Assembly (NCBI GenBank): GCA_965603825.1
Contig: CBFDEM010000032.1
Span: 496,001-560,000 of the forward strand
Origin: Blepharisma stoltei ATCC 30299
Lineage: Eukaryota; Protista; Ciliophora
Length of the DNA stretch: 64,000 nt
Reading direction: 5' to 3'
Part shown: piece after piece, positions 24,054-37,349 of the stretch
How positions within the stretch are numbered: position 1 is the stretch's first letter
Layout: the number at the start of each line of letters is the position of its first letter
Position numbers and translations under genes: made by a program
Notes under the pieces: generated by a model
Told to the model about the DNA's origin: nothing
Databases searched by the model: none
Seen by the model: the letters and a program-made list of their open reading frames with translations, nothing else

Positions 24054-24533
24054 ATGGCAGATGTACAAACAGAGAAAGCCTTTATGAGACAAGACGGGGT
24101 CTCGCTAAAGAGCAAGAAGTTCTTTGCAAAGAAAACTGCCAAAGGAGTGAGATACTGGAAAAACGTCGGTCTTGGTTTCAAAACTCCGAAAGAAGCAATT
24201 GAAGGAGCTTATGTTGATAGAAAATGCCCATTCACAGGAGATGTTTCTATCCGTGGGAGAATCCTGAAAGGTATGGTTATTTCGACAAAAATGAAACACA
24301 CAATTATTCTTAGAAGAAACTATCTTCACTATATCCCCAAATATAAAAGGTTTGAAAAGAGGCATAAGAACATTTCAGCTCACTGCTCACCAGCCTTTCA
24401 ACACATAAAGGAAGGAGATATTGTGACAATTGGCCAATGCAGACCTTTGTCTAAAACCGTCAGATTCAACGTTCTTAAGGTTCAATCAAATCAAATCTTT
24501 GGATCAGCTAGAAAACAATTCGTATTATTCTAA
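24054..24533 (+). CDS. RPS11: 40S ribosomal protein S11 (uS17)
   Basis: [10 protein letters not shown]...[33 protein letters not shown]...[15 protein letters not shown]. Confidence 0.97.
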   Translation: MADVQTEKAFMRQDGVSLKSKKFFAKKTAKGVRYWKNVGLGFKTPKEAIEGAYVDRKCPFTGDVSIRGRILKGMVISTKMKHTIILRRNYLHYIPKYKRFEKRHKNISAHCSPAFQHIKEGDIVTIGQCRPLSKTVRFNVLKVQSNQIFGSARKQFVLF

Positions 24534-24895
24534 GAATCGCTATTGAAATGCACGCCTATAAGCATTTTGTAATTAATTAACCTAGAGCACTTGGAGAGTC
24601 TAAAGATAGTTCTTTAATCTTTGGTCTCACTTATTAGATTTCATTATAAAGGCTAGAATATTTTCTAACAATTCTTCTTGATAAAGAAGCTATGTTGCTT
24701 GAAGACTCTCATCATTTAATTAGAAATTTTTATTTTCTTAGGGTTAATTATCCTACTTAATATTTTTATAAGTAATTCATTTTATAAATTTAAGTCATTT
24801 GTCGAATTAAAAGCATTCCTACCATTTTTCACTGGACAAACTAACTGATATTGCATCATTTTCTTGTGCCTGATGAAATTAAAAAATATTACAAG

Positions 24896-26182
24896 ATGGG
24901 AAGCGGATGTTGCAAAGATGTTGAAAGAGAAGAAAAAAACGCCAAAGACGCAAGCATTAGTGTTATCAACACACGAACTGATGAAGGTGAGCAAGAAATA
25001 TACACGATAATTCAAGACAACTATTTGACAATTCCTAACACGTTTAATTCAGATAAATTCAATAAGTCAAAAGATATCGGGGTTTCTGGGTTAGAAAACC
25101 TTGGAAACACGTGCTATATTAATTCAGTTTTGCAGTGCTTATTCAACTGCCAACCATTGATGGATTATTTTCTTTCAGGAGTTCATATAAAAGACTTGAA
25201 TATACTGAACCAAAATGGAAACCGAAGAGCAGTCACTTTAGCATTTGCAGAGCTAGCAAATGCTTATTGAACAAAATCATATGATGTGATGGTCCCTAGG
25301 TTTTTTGTAAAATCAATTTGAAATACTATAGGCGCAATAACTCCAAGAAAAGAAAATGATGCTTACGAGCTTCTTTTAGCACTTTTAAATTTGATAAGCG
25401 AAGATTTAAATCGAGCAAATAAAATTCAACTAATGAGTCCCCTAAAATCAAACAAAACTTCAGAACTAAAAGCCGCTCAAGCGTGGCAAGAAGAATTAGA
25501 CAAAAACTCCTCCATTGTCGTTGACCTTTTTCAAGGGCAATTAAGGTCTACTGTTTCTTGTACTGAGTGCAATTTTGCATCTCAAACTTTTGAAATTTTT
25601 TTTTCTTTAAGTTTGGCTATTCCAAACAAAGAAAAGCCAATTTCAATTGATGACTGTCTTGAACTTTTTACTCGTCCTGAAGAGCTAGACAAGCCTTGGT
25701 GTTGCCCTAGATGCAAGCATGAGGTAAAGGCAATTAAGAAAATTGACCTTTGGAAAGTTCCACCAATCCTGATTATACATTTAAAACGAAAAGAAATAAT
25801 TACAAAGAGGAATCAGGTGAAAGAGCAGCTATTTGATAGAGCAAGCTCCAAAATTGATATAGCTCAATGGGTTTCAGCGTTTCAAAGGGAAAATCCAGTA
25901 TACGAGATGTTTGCAAAAATTAATTATGAGTCAAACTTAAAGAGCAGGCATTATACAGCCACTGTGAGGCATAAGAATAATCAAACCTGGCAATTTTTTG
26001 ATGATTCTGATGCTTATTATGCTGAAGAAGAACCTTTGCTAGACAAAGACTCATATGTTTTGTTTTACCAAAGAGTTACTGGAAATGCATATTACAGGCA
26101 GTCAAAAAATATGCCAAAATATTGGCCGCATTTAGTTGCAAATCATCTTAACAGAGTGGTTTTGGAGACACTAGAACCATAA
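24896..26182 (+). CDS. USP-family (peptidase C19) deubiquitinase with MGSGCC N-terminus
   Basis: Cys box GLENLGNTCYINSVLQCL, IVVDLFQGQLRS, LIIHLKR and His box HYTA...WQFFDDS...YVLFY. Two ORF pieces join through TGA at 25268 and 25319. Confidence 0.9.
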
Positions 26183-26448
26183 GAATGTATAAATAATTTT
26201 TCATAAAAGCTTTTTATGAAAATTTGTAATTAATAATAGTCATTATTTAAATTGATAAAAATGATCATTTACTGCATTGATTGATGCTCAATATTAACAT
26301 TAGAAATAGAAAAATATCCGTAAAAATTGATTCTTTACTTTATAAGAATAAATTAAAATTTTGATGATAGCCTTATCATTGTAGTACTTTTGCTTTATTT
26401 AAGTAAGCTTAAAAATGGAATTAGTAGAGAATCTCTTTAATTAACAGA

Positions 26449-27549
26449 ATGGCAAAAAATACCGCAAAAACCATTTACTCTGAAAGTTTAGCTCTGGAAG
26501 ACGGCTCTGAATATATGGGGCATCATATAGATGGAATCCCAAATGGTCTTGGAATTATGAAATGTCAGAATGGAGATATTTATAAAGGACATTTCGCAAT
26601 GGGCAAAAAAGAAGGAAATGGGCAAATGTCCTCGAATATCGGAAATATTTATACTGGCAGCTGAAAAAATAATCTCAAGCATGGCTATGGGATTTATAAG
26701 AATACTAATGGAGATGTTTATAGAGGAAATTTTCAAAATGATTTGAAAAATGGAAAAGGAGAAATGTACTGAATTAATGAAGACTCTTATGTTGGGCACT
26801 GAAAAGACGATAAGCAGGATGGATATGGAATTCTGAAAAATTCAATATTTGAATATCAAGGGCAATTTTGTGATGGATTTCCTGAAGGCCAGGGGGAAAT
26901 TTATTGAAAATCCGGAGCGTTTTATAAGGGTGAAATGATAAGTGGAGAAATAAGTGGCTATGGAAGATATGAATATAAAGATAAAAGCTCATATTTTGAG
27001 GGGGAATTTGCTGGAGGATTCCCACAAGGCTATGGAGAGCTTCACAACAAGCAATGACATTACCAAGGGGAATTTAATAATGGCCAAAGACAAGGATATG
27101 GAATTTTAACTATTTTTGAAGGCTCAAGATATGAAGGATGATGAAAGAACAATAAAATGTTTGGAAAAGGGTGCATAGCATTTAAAGATGGCAGGATTTA
27201 TATAGGCGAAATCAATGATTCTAAGCCAAATGGAAATGGAGAATGCACATATGCTGATGGCAGCTGGTACAATGGGAGCTGGATCGATGGGAAAAGGTTT
27301 GGAAAAGGCAACTATACAGGCACAGATGGAATGCGATATATAGGGGACTGAATAAATGATATGAGAGATGGAGTTGGTCATTCAGTAGAAATTGATAATA
27401 ATGGACACTTTGATGTTTATGAAGGCGAATGAAAAAAGGATAAGAAAAATGGGATTGGCAAATGCTCTCATTTTGAAGATGGAAAAAAGATCATTGAAAT
27501 TGAAGGAGAATGAAATATGGGGAAATTTGTCAATAATTCTATATTATAA
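26449..27549 (+). CDS. MORN-repeat protein (366 aa)
   Basis: Tandem YxGxW/FxxGxxxGxG repeats. Ten in-frame TGA codons, several at the MORN Trp position. Ends TAA. Confidence 0.9.
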
Positions 27550-27568
27550 TTGCAATTTATAATTAAAT

Positions 27569-29965
27569 TTATTGTAGGTATGGCGAAATTATTGCTTGTT
27601 TCGCTAATTTGTTCTTCTTTTTGTGTTTCTTTCTCAGCTTATCCACCATCATATCTTCATTTTTATCTAAAACATAGCTGGGTCGAAACATGACTGAATC
27701 TTTTAGATCTGGAATTTTTGGTTGAGCTTGGAAAATCTGTTTCAAAGTGTGATGATAATTGTCGCCATTTAATCCATAAATGTTATTAGGGTTAAATGGT
27801 ACTAAATATACGATATTTCCATTTGAATCATACAATTTTTCATCATTATAATCAATGTCTGGGGTTTCCCAATTATATTGAATTCCTTTGGAATTTTCTC
27901 TAGCATTTTTAATGCTGAGTTCTAAAGTGGAGGAGTCTTCATCAAAAAGCTGAACTGGTATGCCATTTTCTCCTAGTCTTGCTTTTTTGCTTATCCTTAA
28001 ATATGGATCACTCAGATAAGAAGTTGGGGAAGTTGAATTATGACTGTCTATAGTTGCGATAATGCTTTCTCTCCACTTTTTATCCAGTTGCAGTTCTTCC
28101 TCTTCCAATCTGCTTTCTTCATTATTCAGAACAGATTTTTTGGATGATTTATTAGCGTAATCTGTTTCCTTATTTATATGTTTTTTCAATGTAGATTTTG
28201 TATTAACTGGAGTAGGCTGCATTTCATCTACTTTACTCAAAAATGAATTTCGGGGTTGGTGCTTCGCAACAGATTGGGTGACTCCTGTTGATTGTGAGCA
28301 GTTGGTATCCATGCTCAGCCTTGATATGGCTCTTGCGTTGAAATCAATTGTGGAGTTTGAGTCTGATTTCTGAAATATATTTTGGTTTTCCTCATCATTT
28401 TCAAGACCAGGCTGAGGTATAATTATGGAGTTCGAGCTGCCTGACATATTATTTGTGGATGTATGCTTTGAGCTCAAGAGTCCTTTCGAAATTTCTTTAT
28501 TTAGCTTTTCTTGAGAGCCTTTATTTTTTTCTTCAAGATCTTTTATTTTTTCCCCATTTTCTTTGATTAATCTTTCATATCCCTCAGTTTTTTCGACTAA
28601 TTTTTCAATTCTCTTTGACTGCTGCTCAATCCTCATCTCTAAATTTTTCTTCTCAGCTAATCTATTTGCCAATTCAGCTTTTTCTTCATCAACTTCTGTT
28701 TTTAATTTTAGGTTTTCTTTTTTAATATTTGCTACTTGCTCTATCATCATTTCAGCTTCTTTTTGAGTTCTTGAGAGAATCATTTTCATGTCTTCTTTTT
28801 CAAAATTTAGCGTTTTGATTTCTTTATTCAAGCTAGATATTTCCTCAATTTTTGCATTGTAATCATAAGCTAATTGATGAAATTGCTTTTCGAGTCTTTC
28901 AATTTTGCTATTAGCTTCATCGTATTTTTGTGGCTCAATAAAAGTTTCTTCAGTTTGAGTAACGTTATCAAGCTTGGTTTGTTTTGATTCGAAGATTTTA
29001 TGAACTCTACGGGCAGTGTTTGTCTGTAAAATTCGGAAGTTTTTCATCAGATTTTTTTCGATATCTTCAGGCTTTAGAATTGGATTATCATAATTTCTTA
29101 GGGAAGGAATTTCTCTTTCTTGCATCATGTCGTTGTAAATTTCATTTAGAACATCAATAGTTGCACCACCCCTGACACTATTCAATCTATTCGCCTTTTG
29201 CTTTAACAATTGATATTCCCTATCGTCTTCTCCAAAAATTTCATTTATTTCTTTTTTTATTTTCTCTTCATCTATTTTTGACTCCTTCATCCTTTCTTCT
29301 GAATCTCCTTGCATTTTTATGATTATTGCTTTGCATTCTTGAAGTTTTTTCTCAAGCCCAAGTTTCTCTTCTTTTCTTTCTTTATTTTGAATTCTAAACT
29401 GGTGTGTGACTTCTGAAAACAGTGATAAAATATATTCATTTATTTTCGAAACAGCCTTAGCTGTTTCCTCCGATTGCATTTTAATTAACGGTACAATTTC
29501 ACTATAGCATTGAAATCACATATAAAATTCATCACTCAAATTTTTAAAATTTCTTTTTGGGTTTACTTTTTGGATTCTTTTGATCTCATAATTCTCAATC
29601 CTTTCCATTATTTCTCATTTCGAAGTTTTTCCAATTAATTGAAGTGAAGGATTTATAAGTATTTTTGGAGTTGGAGTTTCAGTTGGAATTATAACAGATC
29701 GAGATAACAAATCCGGAGAAGGAGAAGCAGGGGATAGAGGCTCATGAGTAAAAAATTTATGAGCTGTGGTGTGCTCTTTAGATGTAAAACTTTTATCGTT
29801 GAAATATGTATATAAGCTTAATTCAGGGGTCTTATCACATGGGGTAGCTCTAGCTGAATTATCTGAAATATCTCGCAGGTGGTGTGAAATGGGAGGTAAA
29901 GATTTCTTAGTCCGGTGGCGCTGGCTTTGAATTTTTGAGTCAATTGACTTATGTCTTCTGCTCAT
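27569..29965 (-). CDS. Hypothetical long coiled-coil protein (~798 aa)
   Basis: ORFs 29615-29965 and 27569-29479 are in one frame, joined by two TGA codons; K/E-rich heptads. Confidence 0.75.
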
Positions 29966-30011
29966 ATTAATACGAAAATACTATTTGCAGTCTTTAAATG
30001 GAAGTATAAAT

Positions 30012-31658
30012 ATGAGAGGAGTTAAAATCTTCAATGCCAGTTATAATCAACTCGAAGAAAAATTAGCACTCGTCAAGACAGAGCATCAAAAAAAAGATGC
30101 AGAAATATCGTTCATGAACCAATGTGCAACAAAAATACAAAAGATTGCAAGGGGTTATTTAACAAGAAAGCAATATGATAATGTAAATTTTAGATAGGAA
30201 ATTATCATGTTTAAAGAAAGAGCTATCAAGGTATGGATGAATTCGCTTCAATCCACAAGTGACTTTTGCGTTTATAGCGTAGGAGTTATGCCTGAGATCA
30301 GTGCAAGGAAGATCCAAAAATGTGCGAGGAAATTTTTATTTTTACAAAAAATCAAAAGACTGAAGAAAGTCTACGAGACGATGCTGGAAGAAAAATTGAA
30401 GAGAATTTATGGGATAATTGGCACTGGGCTGATGTATATGAAGTCAAGAATGATTATAAATGGCTTGAAGTTCGAAATTTATAAAGCAGCAAGACTTAAA
30501 GAAATATGTGAAAAATTGGCATTATTGAAAATCAAAAAAATATACAGAGAAAACAAGCTTTCGTTTAAGGTAATTAAATATAGAATGAGAAAATACAAAC
30601 GAAAGCTTAAATTTAACCAAAAATCACCTAATAAATCGAGGGACCCATCAATCGATGACAAAATTGCACAGCAAATTGTTACTGTAATAGAAGATCATGA
30701 GCTTACAAAAGTCCCCAGTGTAGCTAGCTCTTTTATATCTACTCCTAAAGATGGCCTTTTAGGAGAAACAATGCTATCTTCTCAAGGCAATATTGAATTT
30801 TTTGACGAAATCAACCAAGAAGTTGATGAAATTGCAGATGAAAGCAGCGAAGATGACTCCGTGATTCAGCGCAGAAAGGAAAAAGAAAGAAAAGAAAAAA
30901 TAAAAAAGGGGTTCATCTCATATAAAATTCCTAAATCCAAGCCGCAGCAAAATTTATTGCCTTTTCTTTACCAAAAGGATTTAATGGAAAGCACAAGGCC
31001 AATAACTCATCATTTCATGTCGACAAGAGCAACAGTCACAAGAATGTCTGAGTCAGTCCCATTAAGATATGTCCCTAAAAAGGAGCCGCCTTTAAAGCTG
31101 CCAAAAACATTGGAAACACGATATTCATCCCCTAAAAATGCAAAAAGAAGCGATAGCAGGTCTAAATCGCCGAGCTATTTAAGAGCTACAATGTCTTATA
31201 ATTTAAGCAGATGGGATGCTGATATGATATACCCAAAAACTGAGGCAGAAGTTCATAAGAAAACTGCAAGTGGCGACAATAAAATTAACAGTCCAACCTT
31301 TACACACACCCAAAAGACACAGCAGCCTTATAAGCCTCAGCATTTTGACAACAGGCCTGTATGAAGACCAAGCACTCACGATAACAGAAAACACTATGTT
31401 GTTTTACCTTTATCTCAAACTTTTAACAAGCCCAAGAAAATTCATCGACCAGCCACAAATGAGGCTCCTATTGTGAATAGAACTCAATCTGCCTTGAATT
31501 CTATTTCAGAAGATGTTCCTAGTGGCCAAAATCCTGGCTCCTTATCTTTTCAAGCAGCACTGCCTGAGTTCACTCAGATTTTGAATCATTATTCATCTCC
31601 TTTTTATGTGAGACTGAAACCTCAGACCTATAAAGTGAAAGGTTTTACTAAACAGTAA
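30012..31658 (+). CDS. IQ-motif (calmodulin-binding) protein
   Basis: ATKIQKIARGYLTRK and ARKIQKCARKFL motifs. A 15-nt intron at 30183-30197 and TGA at 31362-31364 link three ORF pieces. Confidence 0.72.
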
Positions 31659-31687
31659 AAATATGTATAAATTAATTTTATCACAAT

Positions 31688-32458
31688 ATGGACTCGTTTG
31701 AAAACAAAGAGCCAACGTTTTATGAGATGGTTATGCAAGACAGGCTGCAAGATATGATCTGGCAAAGCATCAAATTTGTTTTAGGAGTTTTTTGTGAAAA
31801 GTTTTCAGTGCTGATTCCTTTTAGGTATTACCAAGATGAGATTTCGTCATTATTTTTAGGGTCTCTTGACCTCTACTCATTGCTAAAAACAAACTCAAAC
31901 TTTTCTGAAAGCTTTTATTCTTTGAGGCGCATTTTTACGTCGAAATTTGATATAGTGAAGTATCTCGTTGTAAATTATATTTTGCCTTTATTAAGCAAAA
32001 GGATTTCTAGCCAGAGCTCTCGTATTCTGCACTCTTCACATGATATTATCAAGGGGATTCATATGATTTCTTATCTTTATTTGAATTTTCCTTATTTTGC
32101 TCCTGCTTATTCAATACTTAGGCATAAGGTGATTAGGCAGCAAGGAAGCAGCTCAATGGGATATGTGTTTATTTTTGTATTGCTTTTGATTAAGGGTCTT
32201 GAGCTATGGGTTTCATCAAGATCTAAACCACCAGAATTAACAGAAGTAGCAGATGTTTCTGCTCCTTATAAAGAAAGCAAGGTCCAAAAAGGATATTGTG
32301 GAATATGTCGGAAAAATATTGTGAACCCAGCAGCTCTATCAGTTTCGGGGTATGTATTTTGCTATTCTTGCATCAAAGGGCACGTTGATGTATTTAAATC
32401 TTGCCCTGTCACTGGAATAAGAGCAGATGTTAAAAATATAAGAAAGCTTCACTACTAA
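31688..32458 (+). CDS. PEX12: Peroxin 12 (peroxisomal RING E3 subunit)
   Basis: N-terminal PTFYEMVMQDRL, FSESFYSLRR, and C-terminal RING CGICRKNIVNPAALSVSGYVFCYSCI...CPVTG. Confidence 0.9.
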   Translation: MDSFENKEPTFYEMVMQDRLQDMIWQSIKFVLGVFCEKFSVLIPFRYYQDEISSLFLGSLDLYSLLKTNSNFSESFYSLRRIFTSKFDIVKYLVVNYILPLLSKRISSQSSRILHSSHDIIKGIHMISYLYLNFPYFAPAYSILRHKVIRQQGSSSMGYVFIFVLLLIKGLELWVSSRSKPPELTEVADVSAPYKESKVQKGYCGICRKNIVNPAALSVSGYVFCYSCIKGHVDVFKSCPVTGIRADVKNIRKLHY

Positions 32459-32630
32459 GCAGCCAAATAGTTCTAATTATTCCTGTCAAGATTCGCTTCT
32501 AAGTTTATCAATTTCTTATAAAGATTAATATTATAGGCTATCTGTTCATATAATATCCTCTGCTAACAAGCAAGCATAAGCTTGTCAAATTTTTGATTAT
32601 TAAGATGATTTAGGAATCCATAATTAATCT

Positions 32631-33014
32631 ATGGCTGCTGTATCAAGAACATCACTATCAAAAGCTGAGCATGATGAACTTTCTTGCGTTTTTGCAGCTT
32701 TAATTCTTCACGATGATGCCTCAGATATCACAGTATCCTTTATTTAGGCTGACAAAATCTCAAAAATCCTCACAGCATCTGGAAATCAAGTTGAAAAATA
32801 TTGGCCAACACTCTTTGCAAATGCCTTAAAGGGACAAGACCTTGCAAGATTACTCAGTAATTTAGGCGCTGGCGGAAGTGCACCTGCTGGCTCAGCTGCT
32901 CAATCTGGCACTACAGTTGCTAAAGAGGAAGCTAAACCAGAGGAAAAGAAGGAAGAGCCTGAAGAAGAAGTCGTTGAAGGCGCAATGGATCTTTTCGGAG
33001 GAGATGAATGGTAA
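32631..33014 (+). CDS. RPLP1: 60S acidic ribosomal protein P1 (absent from the ORF track)
   Basis: After removing intron 32733-32747: ELSCVFAALILHDD..DITADKISKIL.ASGNQVEKYWPTLFANAL, an Ala/Gly hinge, then EEKKEEPEEE..MDLFG. Confidence 0.93.
32733..32747 (+). other. 15-nt spliceosomal intron (RPLP1)
   Basis: GTATCCTTTATTTAG; removal restores DITADKI. Confidence 0.92.
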
Positions 33015-33472
33015 TTTCATTAAAATCATACCTTTCAGTCACTTTTTGTAAAAATTGAATTTATAATGCTTCGTTAGGATAAAACAAAATTAAGTTTGCT
33101 TTAAGCTGCACTTAGTTTATTAGTAATTCACAAGTGAAAATGCTTGCAAAATAATAACTTGTGATTTGTTGAATTTTACATGAAAAATAAAACAAATATT
33201 CATATGCGATCATAAAAAACATACAAGACAGCCATTATAAATTTATAAAATTTATTTTGTTATCTTCTAATTAATTATATAACAGAAAATATCAACACTA
33301 ATCAATTTCGAATAATACCTGTCCCTTAAAGCTTAAGATCTGTTTTTATTTTATATCACCTGCTATAAGAATCCCGATGACTATACGTTTTTCTTAATAA
33401 TTTTAAAATATTTCTCATCTTTTTTAAACCATTTTTATCTGATCACCATCAAAAAGGTATCTACAATAAATA

Positions 33473-34426
33473 ATGTGCTGTTGCCCATATAAAGTTTTAC
33501 GATTGACACTCTATGTTTGCTGTATAATCATGCTTGTAAAGCCTAAATAGGGGATAGGGTCTGTGATTATTTGGATTGGATACGATCTGCAAGACTCTGA
33601 ATTTGCTCAAGCGTTAGACGTGAAATATATCGGATATGCAGTCATCGGTGTAGGGGCTGGCATTATCCTTTTTGCAGCTTTTGCTTTCCTTGGCATATGA
33701 AAAGATAGTATGTTTATGCTTGGCCTTTTTATGCTTTGAGCTCTCATAGTTGGATTCGCTCTGCTAGCTCTTGCTGGGTCTTTTCTATATGCCCGAGATA
33801 AATGAGCGTCTGATTACCTTAAAAGCGAATCCAAATGTCTGAGCAATGATAAGCTCGCAAGCGCAAACGACGCAATTATTAAGGCTGATAATGTTATCTG
33901 CACATATTATTGTCCTTGTGATTTGAAGATAGCTAATCCCAATTTATTCGCAAATCAGACAGAAACTAAAGGAACTGCTACAGATATATATACTTGTGAC
34001 CCTTGTAGTGGCTTGCCATCATACTCTAGTGAAGTCCAGAATGAAGTAGTAAGCTGGATTAATTCAAATCTTAATTTAAAAGTGACAACTTCGAATTGCA
34101 AAATGCCCGATGATATATTTGAAGACACATATTTAGGAGACTATTCGGATTATTTGCCATTCCTCAAATGGATGGAGAAAAAGTTTGATTGTTCAGGACT
34201 TTGCACAGCTGCGAATTTGTACTTGTTTAGTGATATCAATAGAGGTGTGCCAGATGGTAGCTGTAGGCAGGAAATTTATGACTGAATACAGGATAATTTT
34301 TTGACGTATGGAATAATAGCGCTAGCATTTGGGCTGTTTCAGGTATAGGCTATATAGGTATTCATGTTCTTTTTAACAGCATTCTCATGCTGTAGCAGAT
34401 CTAGGGACAAGAAAAAAGGAGCGTAG
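33473..34426 (+). CDS. Tetraspanin-family membrane protein
   Basis: Three N-terminal TM helices, a large Cys-rich loop (FDCSGLC...YLFSDINRGVPDGSC) and a fourth TM followed by CC. Introns at 33536-33550 and 34343-34357; TGA=Trp four times. Confidence 0.8.
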
Positions 34427-34622
34427 GCTGTACAGAGAAATAAATCTATACATATTTATAAAGTTTTTGAATTTATTCAGTAATTTATTCTAAATCATTT
34501 GCTTCCGAGAATTTATGATAAATTAAAATTCCCATTGAGCAGTTTTATATATATTAGCTCTATAAATATTAATTATTTCGAATAAAAATTATTCTTTATT
34601 TACAAGAACATATATAAAATCA

Positions 34623-36218
34623 ATGAAAAAGCTTAAAATTTTTCTATTGGGTTTTGCAATTTTTATTCCGTACTTTATATATAATCCAACCCAAAATCAG
34701 CCAAGAATACTCTATGGGCTGCCTGAGAGCTCACTTTCTACTGAACAAATACGAGGAGGTGGAGAAATTCTTTATGGAATAGGCATTCTCTATGTTTTAT
34801 TTGGCATCAGAGAAGTATGTTCTGGATTTTTTATGCCAATCATTGATTATATTGTAAATAAATACTCTATTTCCCCCAATGTTGCTGGTGCAACACTGAT
34901 GGCATTGGGTGGCTCTGCACCTGAAATATTTATTTGTTTCATGAGCACTTTTGCTGCTAGCAGTACAATAGGGTTTTCAACAATCATAGGCTCAGGTGCT
35001 TTCAATGCTATACTTCTTGTTGGGATATGCGCTATGAGTGCTAAATCAGTCTTCGAACTTCAATGATGGCAGGTCGCAAGAGATTTTATGTTCAATATGG
35101 TCTTACTTGGTCTTTTAGTCTTATTTTGAAGCAATCTATTTATTGACTGATACGAAGGACTAGTCCTTATACTTGTATATATACTTTACGTCTATTTTAT
35201 GAAGTTCAATGGCACAATTGAAAAATTTTTTAAAAAACATTTGAATTTGCCATATGAAGGAGATGAAGTAGATTTCAAACCTCTTCCTGACAAACCTTTT
35301 AAGTTAAGAAGGTATTCTATTTCGGAGCTTGAGGCCTATATTCCTCAAGCTCTAAATTTTAAAAGAGGCATTTTAGCAAAAATGATAAAAAACGCACAGT
35401 TGCAAATAGTCAAAAATTCATCTGAGGAAAGCGAAGAACTAAGAGCCAGATTTAAATATTGCGTATATTTAATCATGAGGGCGATTGAAGAAAAGAAGAA
35501 GTGCCAAAAACGAAACAAAGAAGAAAGAGGACTCATTTATCCTTATAAGCATGAAGTTTTTGACAAAGAAGACATAATTGCGCCAATGGCGAGAATCAGG
35601 AAATTACAAACAATTGAAGAAAAGAAAGAAATTCTTTCAGAGGTTTCACCTTCTAGATCACTTTTAAATAGAATTTTGAGATGCTTGATGCTACCACTTA
35701 GGCTGTGTCTAAAGCTCACTATTCCTAATATAGAACGCCATCCAAAGCTGTGGATCTTTTCAATGATTATTTCATTGACCTGAATTGGAGGTCTCAGCTT
35801 TTTATTGGTATGGTGGACTTCAGATATAGGAATGGCTCTTGGAATTCCTGAAAGCGTCCTTGGGATTACAATTTTAGCGATGGGTGTATCGATTCCAGAT
35901 CTTTTGAATAGTTTAAAAGTTACTATTGAAGGCCATGGGGATATGGCCTTATCTGGATGCATAGGCTCAAACATCTTAAATTTAGGTGTAGGGATAGGAG
36001 TTCCATGCTTTTTCGAAGCCGTCATTAATCACCCTATAGATATCCCAGCAGATTTATACATGGCAGAATACGTGATGATGAGTGTATTTGGGACTTCTTA
36101 TATCTTCCTAGCCGGCTTTAAGTTCCAACTATCCCGCCATTTCGGGGTTGTTATGTTCTTTTTCTATGCGTCATTTCTAACGATATTTTTGGTGTTTGAG
36201 TTTTTAAACATTCATTAA
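34623..36218 (+). CDS. K+-dependent Na+/Ca2+ exchanger (NCKX/SLC24-like, CaCA family)
   Basis: Alpha-1 repeat GATLMALGGSAPE...IIGSGAFN and alpha-2 repeat GITILAMGVSIPD...GSNILN. Three ORF pieces join by TGA=Trp (LQWWQVARD, IDWYEG). Confidence 0.9.
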
Positions 36219-36263
36219 TTACTTTATAACGCATTGATAAATATAGTAAAATAAACCGAAAAA

Positions 36264-37304
36264 ATGTTAAAGAATTTGGATCTGAATAGCAGATTTATTA
36301 TTCCGCCGTCTCTTTCAGAGAACTCACAGCGCTCTTCACCACAATTATACACGCTTTCTTCTACAAGGACACCGTCATATGTATTTTTGCCTTCTGCCAG
36401 TTTAGAATCCCCATATGCTTCGCCAGTAGGTAATGAAAAATCACCAACGGCTTCAGATTTAAAAATAAGGAAACTGGAACGGAGTGTTCAGATGTGAAAG
36501 GAAAGAGGAAAAGTGTGGACAAATGAACGAAAATCGCTGAAGAAAAGGCTGACTGAGGTCAACCAAGAATCAGGAACTTGAAACAGCAGATTTGTTACTT
36601 TGAGGAGAACAAAAAACCCAATTGTAAATAGAGTGGCTAATAAAACTTCTTGGATAGGTAGCCCAGAGAAATCACAAATATTGAAAAGCACTGAGATTTC
36701 TATAAACTCAAGTGATCTCGAAAGCAACCCTGACGTAGAGTCGCTTAATGAAAGCATTAATACTTTATTCAAGTGCCACAAGAAAACTGCTGAAGATATA
36801 AGAAAACAAAAATCATTAGCGTCTAAAACTAAAGAACAAATAAAATCGTTAGAAAAATCAGTGACCAAAATCCAAAAAACTATCGAAAAACTTGCACCGC
36901 TGATAAGTGTAAACTTATCAATACCAGAGAAAAGCCTTGTAGATGAATTATCTGATAATTCTAATTTGATGACAAGAGATTCTTTCAGTAATTATATTTT
37001 TGAAGACAAAAATAGCAGTATTGGTTATGCGTCACCAACTTTAAGTCAGTATAGTCCTCCATCAAAATTCAGCTTCAAAAAATCTGGGCTTTTTAAAGGC
37101 GAAAAAGAAAACAGAGACCCAAATTTTGTAATTGCTGAAAATGAGTCAGAAATCTTGAAGGAAGAATTTGATTTAATATTAAATGATACAAAAAGAATGA
37201 TTAAAGAAAAAATTGAGGCATCGAAGCATCAGTCACAAGATGATGCAGCAGTGATGGGTATTATGGCAAAATCTATTGAGAGCTTAATTTTGGGTAAGAG
37301 GTAA
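36264..37304 (+). CDS. Hypothetical Ser-rich coiled-coil protein
   Basis: ORFs 36264-36497 and 36600-37304 are in frame, joined via two TGA codons. Confidence 0.7.
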
Positions 37305-37349
37305 TTTATGATTTTTATATTAAATTAATATTTTTATATATAAAACTTA

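Noticed and set aside
26198-26222. 11-bp inverted repeat after the USP stop codon
   Set aside because: Almost entirely A/T and expected by chance at this composition. Bacterial-type terminators do not apply here.
26662-27513. Selenocysteine or Cys interpretation of the in-frame UGA codons
   Set aside because: The positions align with conserved Trp, not Cys, across many unrelated protein families.
35543-36025. 160-aa minus-strand ORF, and similar antisense ORFs at 15174, 22976, 36488, 41704, 42721, 53803 and 57700
   Set aside because: They lie opposite well-supported genes and have no motifs of their own.
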